DNA of 36,880 nucleotides, taken from NCBI GenBank assembly GCA_023231475.1, contig JALJEE010002443.1, positions 1 to 36,880 on the forward strand, written 5' to 3'. A program made the translations under genes and the position numbers. This document shows positions 13,501 to 23,238 of the stretch, piece by piece. Source of the DNA: Seison nebaliae (Eukaryota). The first letter of the stretch is position 1. Each line of letters begins with the position of its first letter. Under the pieces are notes generated by a model. The model made no database searches. It was not told the DNA's origin and saw nothing but the letters and a program-made list of their open reading frames with translations.

Positions 13501-13796
13501 ATCTTATTCACATCGGATGATTCTTCTAAACTTTTCAATCTATTCTCCAATCTCTCCACTCCATATAATTTATTACTGCGGATGACGGCGTCCATGTCAG
13601 TGAAATTAGGGAAATCTAACGGATTCAACAGAAAACGTTTTTTCTCCTCTTCGTTCGACGACGATGTCGACATCAGCGATTGTATGAGACAATTTGCCAT
13701 GTAAAATCGTTCGCTTAACTGTAATTCATTTAGAATGGTCTCCATTAACGAAGCGAATCTTTTATCATCTGTTAATTTTTCAGTGGAAAATTCCAT
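10506..13796 (-). CDS. SAMD4: Smaug / SAMD4 family SAM-domain RNA-binding translational repressor, ~1020 aa
   Basis: SAM signature SGMKDVPNWLKSHRLHKYTQFF...ITKGARDK followed by a PHAT-like region (TPIR...GDLPGQF..., HEAFT). Exons 13796-11683, 11624-11092, 10969-10931, 10882-10506. First ATG at 13796 (the ORF track starts at an upstream TTG). 3' exons are less certain than the SAM exon. Confidence 0.9.
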
Positions 13797-14938
13797 TTTG
13801 TTTTCTTCACATTTAATCACGGACAAAATGAATGTTATTTGAGAAAGGATTTGAAGACACTTCCAATTAAACTGTCAAGTTCACCAGCTTGTTAGTTGAG
13901 ACTGAAAATGAATGAAAAGGAATGAGAAATCTGTTGAAACACAATAAAATAAATACATTTAACACAATTTCCATCAAACAATTTTATACCGAAAAAAAAT
14001 TAACAAAAAAATGGGTAGAACTGAAAAAAATTTAAATGAAAATATTTAAAACTGAAAAAAATTTTAGACTAAAAAATTTAGCACTTGAAGAAAATTTTGA
14101 GAGAAAAAAATTTTGAAGAAAAAAATATTTGGAATTAAAAAATTTTTGGGCAGAAAATAAAATTGAAAGAACAAATGTTGTTGAAAAATTTGTGCGTTGA
14201 TAGTACAATTTATAGTTGATGATGTTTATTATGAAATTGATGAATAATTAAATGTTTCTCAATTAAAATATTCCTACGAAGATCAATGACGGTCGAATTA
14301 CGTCGAAAACGAATTTTGTAAAGAATAATCTGAACGTCATCCACGTGATGATAATCAGAATAGAACAAACGCCTAAAACGCTATAGAGGTGACTGTAAAT
14401 AGAATTTCAAAATGGAGTGTGTAGGTGTGGTTGTAAAGGGAGTGAGGAGAATAGTGATTGGATAATAAGAGAAAGATTCCAAAATGAAATGAATTGCAAA
14501 ATTATTCGATTTCTCCAAATGACGTAATTACATTATTAATTTGTCTAACAAATTGTAAGAAAAATTAATAGAGAAATGACTTCAGTCGAGAGAAGAGGAA
14601 GAGTGAAAGTTTGAAATATGTGAAGGCTTTCTTTCAAACTACAGAGAAATTCCAATGGAGTCGTTTGTGGGGATATGGTGGTGAGGAAAGGTGAAGTCCC
14701 ATGGGAAGCGATAGATAGTGGATATGAAATGAACAAAGGTTATTTCCAAGATATTGCCAAACGAAATTGAGAAATATTGAAGAATAATTAGGAAAGCATG
14801 TTTTGTTTAGATGATTAATAATGTGCGAAATAATTGTTGTCTACTTACCCAACAAACATTCAACTGTAGATTTTTAAATCACACGAATGTATTGTAGAAA
14901 CAGTACACACATGTCTTGTAATTACAGCTCCTTCTTAC

Positions 14939-14959
14939 ATATATATATATATATATATA
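14939..14959. repeat. (AT)10 microsatellite
   Basis: Perfect AT dinucleotide run upstream of Smaug. Confidence 0.9.
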
Positions 14960-15556
14960 CATACAGACACAGAAAGACACAGGGAGGACAAGCGTGCACA
15001 CTTCCTTTCCAGATGATAAATATATTTTTCTTTTTTTTTCCTTCTTGTCTCATTCCATTTTTCTGATGAAATTTCTGTGTGGACGGGAGATATTAAATAA
15101 ATGAATTTTTATATTAAAAAAAATAAGAAAATGTTGAAGGAGAATCAAAAGATAAGTAACAGTTATCGAAGGACTGGTGGAGGGAAATAAATGTTAATAT
15201 GAAACGTTTGTTAAATGAGAAATGATTTCTTCAATTCTTGTGTGTATCATATACGCAGTTATGTAAGGGACGTACATAAGGTTAGTGAAAGGACGAAAAT
15301 GAAATGTGAATAAATTAATCACGTAAATAATTTTTCTATATATTTTCGAATGTAAACATGTGTGTGAACATCGTCGCTGATTAAATATTAGTTATTTCGA
15401 ATTTGGTAAAAGTTGTTGATAAATTTTCATTTATTGAAAAAAAACAAGAGAGAAGAATTCAAATGAGAATGGACAAGTCATTTGAAATAGAATAGAAATT
15501 GATGATGCTATTAATGGTACATCATTCAGATCCACGTCTTCCACTTTTAAATCGAT

Positions 15557-16802
15557 TCAACTACTCTTCATTCTCCGTCGATGGATATCTCCATTCTCAT
15601 CTCGGAAATAGTCATTGGGAAAGAGATTCAACGCCTCCTCCGAAACCATCTTCCACATCGTGTCTTTATTCAATTTGTTCGTCGTTTTCCTATCACTTTT
15701 CTTGTTCGGGTTACGTTTAATTCGTGAATAAGGTCCGATATTGGAATTCATGATGAAATTCCAGATAACCATCGTCCATGATGTGTATGACGGAAGATTT
15801 TCATAATATTCGGGAGCGATTTCTCGCACTTGTCCCAATTTCCATCCAGGAATCGAAGGGAAATCATGATGCTCGTTATGATATCCGACATTATACGTCA
15901 ACAAATTTCCCGAACCATAATACGAATATGTTTCGAAACCTTAAGAAACATGAAATTATGAGAAGTCTATCGTAAGTTTAACCTTCGTTGAAGACGTAAT
16001 GTTCACTAATAAAATGACCGGCCAAAGGATGATATCCCATTCCGATAAGAGATCCCATCACTAGATAGATGAGTGATTTCACTCCAAAGAAATAGAGAAT
16101 GGTAAAATCGAATGATAATTGAGTGACTATATTGACCATTTCATAAATGTTCATGACTCGCGGCAAAACGATCAACGGTCGAAGACCATAGAAAAAGGGT
16201 TGAAAAAGAACCCAAATACATTTCGTCCATTTAAATTGAAAGAAGAAACATTCGAATGCTGACGGAATATCAACATCTAATTCATCGTCGCCCATATATC
16301 TGAAAAGTTTGATTTAATTTTAATGAAATTAGGAAATAAAAACCGATGATGATCCAAATGATATTTTTTAAATGTTGATGAAGCCGGAATTCCGAGAGGC
16401 ATATTAGCCACATATCCCAAAATACGATTCGCCCACAAATATTTATTACCGAATGCCAAATTGTGGGAGACTTCGTGCATGGCTAACTGGAGAGAATTGT
16501 TGAATGTTCCTCCCACTATCCATGACATGAGAATGATCGTTGTCCATGAATAGTCGTGAAGAGATATGAGATAAGTAATTAGGACTTGAATAGTCACTGT
16601 GAGTAATATCTATGTAAAATGAGAAATTTAATAAAATTTCTTTCAGTAGAAAATCTTGGTAAACGGGAAAAACAATTCGCTTATCATGTCCCATCAATTT
16701 TTTGATTTTTGGATATTTATGTAGAATGAGACGTCGTCTGGTTGCGTGAGGCTCTTCCGTATAAGTCCAATCGAATTCAGTTTTCGAAATTCTGCCACCC
16801 AT
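15557..16802 (-). CDS. DEGS1: Sphingolipid delta-4 desaturase (DES1/infertile crescent family), ~367 aa
   Basis: Exons 16802-16665, 16609-16344, 16299-15983, 15939-15557. N-terminus MGGRIS...EEPHATRR...[10 protein letters not shown], His boxes HEVSH, HLDHH, HNEHH, and GHFISEHY. Confidence 0.96.
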
Positions 16803-17926
16803 TTTTTTTAATGAAGAATGAACTTTCTACTTTCTTATCTGATGACTGAGGAGAGAAATAGAGAAGGAAATGAAATAAGAGAATAATCTTTTGAAAATTT
16901 GACACTTTCACAAATATTAATAATTCCTTTAAAAATTCTATGTGTAACATCTCAATCGAGATCATGCACATTTGGGATATACATATAAGTTCTAATCATT
17001 TATCTCAACATCAGTTTACACCATCGAACACATTAAGTCTCTCAAAGGGAAAATACAGTAAACAGCGATACAAATGGAACGGTGAATTGTCAATGATGAA
17101 GCTTAAGCTTTCTAGAAAATGTAGGTGGAAAATTTTCTCGTAGTAACTATGACATCATAATAGAATTAACAGACAATTATACGAATCAGACGAAGGTTTC
17201 TTGGTAGAACTGCCACTTTGGAAGTTTCAATGCCGAAAATTTGAATTTTTTAATTCTCATAGATGAATATTACGTTCGTTTTATTACTATTCACTTTAAT
17301 GCTTGTTTCTAAGGGAACGATTGTTGAGGTAAACTTAAATATTTTTTCTTTTTCACTTGTTATTAATAATTTCTAAAAACAACAGTTGTCCGATTATTCT
17401 ACATATTTAAGATCATTAACAATAAACCATAAGTGCAGCGATGTAATGACGAAGAACATACTTAAAAAACATTTTATTTCCACCAAGGTCCTATATTTAT
17501 TCCTATAATAATTTATATTTTATGTTTGTCCTAATAATTTCTGATGAGAAACTTTCATTCGATATTTAATTCAATCAATTAATCAATAAAAAAATCAATT
17601 CGGTCCATAAATTTCATTAACTATAATATCAATAAATTTTCAAAATAATATATAATATATATTATTTAATATATTTTGTATTTACGATAAACAATCCTAT
17701 CGGTTTCGATACAATGATAGTTCCGAATGTTGGTTTTGATTTATTATTAAACTACTAGAATATTAACACTATGTAAGTGAGAACTTGCTAAACTTAATTT
17801 CTATATTGAATTGAAATGTCAAGTTAAAGGTAAATAAATAATCGAACACTACATATATAAAATTGAGAATATGGAACCTGGTTTCGGATGACCAATATCA
17901 GAACGCTTCTAAATAATTATTGGAAC

Positions 17927-20187
17927 ATGAATATTAAATTAATATTATTATTAACAATCTTATCTTTGTTTCGGGAAGGGAACAGTTAAAACATTTATTC
18001 GAAATTATGTTACCAAAATAATTATGTGTAGCCTTTTCTTGTTTTTCATGTAATTCGAACTCCGACCCAAATTGTGGTTCACGACCTGAACACTTCATCA
18101 ATAACAATGGAATTAATGTTGTCGATTGCCCTGTGGGCGCTTGTGTGGTAGGAATGAACGCCTACCAGAATGGAAGTTATTATTGAAGAAGTTTTTAGTA
18201 GTTAATAACAATATTGAATTAGACATTTATCGAGATTGTTTAGATAATCTTCCGAATATACCAAATAATTTTCAAAATAATAATGACGGCTCTTCATGTT
18301 ATAGAGATCCATCCGGAGCATATTGTGTATGTACAAATAGTTATTGTAATCAAGATTCTCTTATCCAACAAATAGCGAGGAGTGGTAATAATCCCACGGA
18401 TTTTATCGGTGTGGCAGGTTTTGCTTCACAGAACACTGACGACACAAGTCAAAATCAACAGGTTAAATAATTTCTTTTCAACTGTTCCTGACTATGTCGA
18501 AATCGATTTGTTTACTTTCTTAATAATTTATCTTCCTTTAATTTAATTAATTAAACTTAATTGAAGTAAAATTTGAAAAGTATTTTCCTATTAACTAATG
18601 TCAATAAAATTTAAATATATTTCTTAAATAGCAACCCCCTGAACGTTATCAAGTGAATTATTATGAACCAACCTCTAACGGAAATCTTAATTATTATCAA
18701 TCTGTATTTCATTAAATTTAACTGTATATTTTTATATTCTATTTTGTGTTTCGATAGCCGAACAATAATGTACCACCTTATAATTCTGTACAACCTATTG
18801 GTAATGTTCCGGTTATTACATATGTTCAACAACCAGTGTCGGTACCAGTGCAACAACCTGCTCAAGTTCCTGTTCAACCAGTATATGTCCAGGTAGAACA
18901 ACAAGGACAGCAACCTGTGAGACAACCAGTTCCGGTCCAAGTGCAACAACCTGTCAATAATGTAGTCCAGCAACCGATAAGGCAACCTGTATACGTTCCG
19001 GTAGAACAACCTGTAAGGCAGCCGGTTGCCGTACAACAACCAATAAGACAGCCAGTTGTTGTTCAACAACCGGTTTATGTTCAACACCCAATTAATCGAC
19101 CAGTTCCTGCTCCTCGTCCTGTACAACAACCTATAAGACAACCTGAAACAGTACCTGTACAACAACCGATTAGACAGCCCATACAAGTTCCTATACAACA
19201 ACCTATAAGACAACCAGTTGTTGTTCAACAACCGGTTTACGTTCAACAACCAATTAATCAACCAGTACCTGCTCCTCGTCCTGTACAACAACCTATAAGA
19301 CAACCTGAACCAGTACCTGTACAACAACCGATTAGACAGCCCATACAAGTTCCTATACAACAACCTATAAGACAACCAGCTCCCGCTCCCCGTCCAATTC
19401 AACAACCGATTAGACAACCTGCACCGGTTCCCGTTCAACAACCGATTAGACAACCAGTTCAAGTCCCTCGTCCAATTCAACAACCGATTAGACAACCAGT
19501 TCAAGCCCCTCGTCCTGTTCAACAACCGATTAGACAGCCCGTTCAAGCTCCTCGTCCTGTTCAACAACCGATTAGACAACCAAATATTAATAATGGTCAG
19601 CGATATCCTTCTCAATATCCGATTAATGGACCGATGCAACAGCCCAACTTTCAACCAAATTTCAATTATCAACAGCAACCTAATAATGGTTATAGACCAG
19701 TCGTACAAATTAATGGACCAAATAACAACAACAACAACAACAACCAAAATCTGAATGGTTCTTTAAATTACTGAAATAGATATAAATACATTTTACCATA
19801 AGGTAATACCGGAGGTACTGGTTGAAGTTATTTAACGGTTTTTTTTAATGTTTTCCATTTACTAGGAGGACTAAAATGTATGGTATGTGATCAGAGTAAT
19901 TATCGTTGTCGGGGAAATGTTGTATTTGACGCTACTCCTGGTACTGTGAACATGGAACCATGTAACGGTCATTGTGTTTCATACCGAGAGAATGGAGGTT
20001 AGTAGATCTATATTACGATTCTAACATTTATTTCATCAACATAGTCTTCCATCGTTCATGTTCAATTTATCTACAAGACTTAGTTGGTGTCAACGTTCCT
20101 CCCAACGGTTATGTTCGAGGAAATAGTGGAAATATGTATGAATCATGTTCATTTAATTTATGTAATGGAATGATCCATAATATTTAA
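17927..20187 (+). CDS. Secreted protein: signal peptide, Ly6/three-finger domain, long Pro/Gln/Val repeat, second Ly6-like domain, ~601 aa
   Basis: Exons 17927-17984, 18032-18175, 18223-18461, 18632-18703, 18758-19757, 19803-19820, 19866-19997, 20045-20187, all phases compatible. Domain 1 FSCFSCNS..DPNC...YRDC...YCVCTNSYCN; domain 2 LKCMVC...C...CNGHC...HRSC...CSFNLCN. Confidence 0.8.
18827..19582 (+). repeat. Coding tandem repeat with core QQPIRQP, including a 162-nt duplication (19040-19201 / 19202-19363) and 42-nt units (QQPIRQPVQAPRPV)
   Basis: Directly visible recurrence of caacaacc(g/t)at(t/a)agaca(a/g)cc; variation is mostly at third codon positions of the + frame. Confidence 0.92.
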
Positions 20188-20188
20188 A

Positions 20189-21304
20189 TTACAATAAATT
20201 TGGCATTTGAAAATCATATTGTTGGAAACCGGATACTTCCGGAGTATCCAGAATGCCTTGTGTGCCATATTTTGTAGGAATTCTCAGGAATTTTATCGTT
20301 CCATTTATTATTAATATTGCTAAGATGACTATTATCAGGAGTACGATGTTAATATGAATCTTGGGCCACAATGGTCCTATTCTGTATAATCGATGTCTCC
20401 GAAATATTATGATTAAGCTTAAAATAAATCTCCTAGGCAAATCCAAATACTTTAAACATTTCTCTTCAATTCAATTTAATTAAGACTAAGTCTACCAAAC
20501 AAAATAACTTTGCTTTCTTCTAAGTATTTTTCGATATTTTCTCTTTTTCACTTCCATATAATCCTCCCAATCGAATCCATCCGATAGCTGATTTTCAGAA
20601 CTTGATTCTGATTTTTCCGCAATTGGCATTTTACCTCCAATTGCTATTCTTAAATTTTTTTTCACGTCCATAAATTTATCTTGAACATGCTCGAATCGTT
20701 TCCGGAATCTTTCCCTATTTTTCCGTCGAACTCTTTCTGATAATCTTCTGTGTCTTTGATATCTTGCAAATTTCCGTCTGCTCGCAGCTTTCTTACTCAC
20801 TAATGCATGAAGTTCTCTCTCTAGAATATCGTCATCGATACAAACATTATTGTTATTTCGGTTTCTCCTTGTCATTTCATTTCCTTCCAGAATAATTTCT
20901 AACGAAATTTATAAATTGAAAAAGGATATTTGTATTTAAGTTTCATTATAATGAAACTTTTATTCCATAATCGATTTCCATATTTCGCTTTCTCCGATTT
21001 CCAACAATATTCCAATTTGAGATAGATCAAACTTGATCTATGTAAATCATTTACCGCTAAATATTTCGAATGATGCGGCTAAATTTGACGAATTGAAATT
21101 TGAAATTTTTTATAAAAACTTTGTAGAATAATTAACTGGAATTATGATAGATTGTCTTAAATTCAATTCATTTCCACTACCTCCAATCACATTCAGATGT
21201 TCATTCTTACAATTTTTCATTCTCAAAATTAAACAGATATTCTTTGAAGAACTCTCATTGTAATATACGTCTAATAATTGGACGATGAACTCATTTCCTT
21301 TCAT
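20189..21304 (-). CDS. Orphan membrane protein B: beta-rich (MSP-like?) N-terminus, Arg/Lys-rich middle, C-terminal TM, ~317 aa
   Basis: Exons 21304-21137, 21078-20958, 20898-20509, 20463-20189 link three ORF-track fragments through 58/59/45-nt GT..AG introns. TM INIVLLIIVILAILIING. Shares motifs with the neighbouring gene. Confidence 0.72.
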
Positions 21305-21341
21305 TTCAATTTAATTCATTTCAATTTAATTCATTTCAATT
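21301..21341. repeat. 15-nt tandem repeat (TCATTTCAATTTAAT) x2.7 abutting the start codon of gene B
   Basis: tcatttcaatttaat tcatttcaatttaat tcatttcaatt read directly. Confidence 0.85.
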
Positions 21342-21412
21342 ATCAAAAATCTCCAATATCATTTTATACTAATTAAGAATCGAAAATAAATTTTTAATTC
21401 TCCTCAATTAAT

Positions 21413-22958
21413 TCAAGGTTTAAATGGTATATGGATATGATCGTGCTTAAAACCTCGAACATTGGAAACTAACGGTTCTGTTGTTTCGAAAATTGATTTT
21501 TTCACTTTTGTTAACATTATCATCAGCACGATTAAAATTAATAAAGATATACCAATAATGAAGCCTACCCAATTTTGGAGACCTAAATCCGGAGAAAATC
21601 TAAACTGATCCGGTTTATCACGAGTACCTAACATTGATCCGAAATATTCGAGGACATTTGACTTTCCGTCCTTGTAATTTCCTTTTCGTTTTTTTGACTT
21701 TTTAAACCATTTTTTCTTCATTTTTTTTGATTTTTTCGATTTCCTTGATTTTTTCGATCTTTTCGATCTCTTAGATTTTTTTGATTTCTTCGATCTCTTT
21801 GACTTTTGTGAACTTTTTGATTTCTTTGACCTTTTCAACTTTTTAGATTTCTGTGAATTTGTTGACATTTTCAGTTTCTTCAATGCTAACGATTTCCTCG
21901 AACTTTTCGATTTTTTGGAACTTTTTGTTATTTTTGGTTTTTTCAATTTTAACGATTTTTTTGAACTCTTCGACTTTTTAGAACTTTTTGTTTTTTTTGG
22001 TTTATTCAATTTTAATGATTTTTTCGAACCTTTTGACTTTGTTGGTTTCTTCGAACTTTTTGATTTTTTTAGTTTCTTTGAAATTTTCGATTTTTTGGAT
22101 GTTTTTGATTTTTTAGGTGATATGTTTTTAGGTGATTTTCCCCATCGATTATTATTTGTATTCAAACTATTTGATTGAGATTGATTGTTTTGGTGAAATA
22201 ATAAATTATTAATCTTTGACGGTAAAACGGATCTGGCCATTGTGAAAATGTCTGGAAATTTTCGATTGTCTCTCATCTTTGGTGGTTTTATCCATTCTGT
22301 TGAATGTAAACTGTCTATTGATTGATTTCGTCGTTGAATGTTCCTTAAAAACTGGAATTGCTTATCCGAATTTCGATGGAAGATATTCGTCGTAATATCA
22401 TGAGATGTTCTTAATGATGAATTCGAATAATTGCGATCACACTTTTCCCAAAACAATATGGCAGAACAAGAAGATCGCTCGAACATTTCTTCTTTCAATT
22501 TCCTTAAATCGAAATGTATAGTTTGATAGAAGGTGAATGGTTTATGAACTAGAATAATAATATAATATTGATATTGTTTTATGATGAAATGGAACTCTCT
22601 AATAATGAGTTGACGTCATTATTTGTGGCAGTGATGGTATCGCACCATAAATAAGTTAATTTCAAATAACTGAGTTCAGGTCGATTAACTTCGATTTCGA
22701 TTAATACATATATTGGTGTGATACTCTGGAAATATGAATGATTGTGAGATGATTTGGAAGAATGAAATGAACTTTCAATTTAATGAGTTTCGGTATCGAT
22801 ATAATACCAGGATTTCCTGGGGTGATTTTGATGATGAGATATTGTGTTTGGGATAAATTGTGGATTTGGAAGGAGGCGATGCATTTGGAAGAAGAAGAAG
22901 AAATTAGAACAATGGGCGATATTTTGATTTGAGTGTGCTCATTCATCTCCTCAAACAT
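21413..22958 (-). CDS. Orphan membrane protein A: MSP/PapD-like N-terminus, Lys/Ser-rich (SKK) repeat, C-terminal TM (VAP-like layout), ~483 aa
   Basis: Exons 22958-22773, 22725-22596, 22548-21413 (two 47-nt introns). N-terminus IKISP...FQIHNLSQTQYLIIKITPGNPGIISIPKLIKL resembles the MSP pattern (judged by eye). TM WVGFIIGISLLILIVLMIML. Confidence 0.75.
21680..22135 (-). repeat. Coding low-complexity Lys/Ser repeat (SKK triplets; ~21-aa higher-order unit SKKSLKLxKPKxTKSSKKSKS)
   Basis: Seen in the translation of 21413..22498; boundaries approximate. Confidence 0.85.
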
Positions 22959-23238
22959 TCAACTTTTAATTATTTAAGTTTTATTTGAAAAAAAATAATT
23001 TTTGGAATAAATAAAGTTTTGATGAAATGATTTTTGAAGATTAAATAATATTTTGATAAAGTGATTTTTGTAGAATAAATAAAATTGTTTGAAATGATCA
23101 GAATTTATTATAATAAGAACTGTAAAATGTGTAGACATACAAGAACAGATGTCGGAGTGAGTGATGGAAGGAAATGAAGAAGACTTCCTTTTAAAGAATG
23201 TTCAACATTAAATTTATCGTTTTATTATGATGTGGGTG

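Noticed and set aside
16940..17510. Possible small spliced + strand gene (hydrophobic exon 17263-17328, MNITFVLLLFTLMLVSKG)
   Set aside because: Splice sites can be chained but no unique, convincing model or recognisable product emerges; left unannotated, not excluded.
18827..19582. Regularly recurring ~20-nt motif resembling a CRISPR array
   Set aside because: Eukaryotic coding repeat; spacers are short, related and in frame; no cas genes.
18611..19747. 378-aa minus-strand ORF with LSNRLL repeats
   Set aside because: Antisense shadow of the Pro/Gln repeat exon; repeat variation falls at third positions of the + frame.
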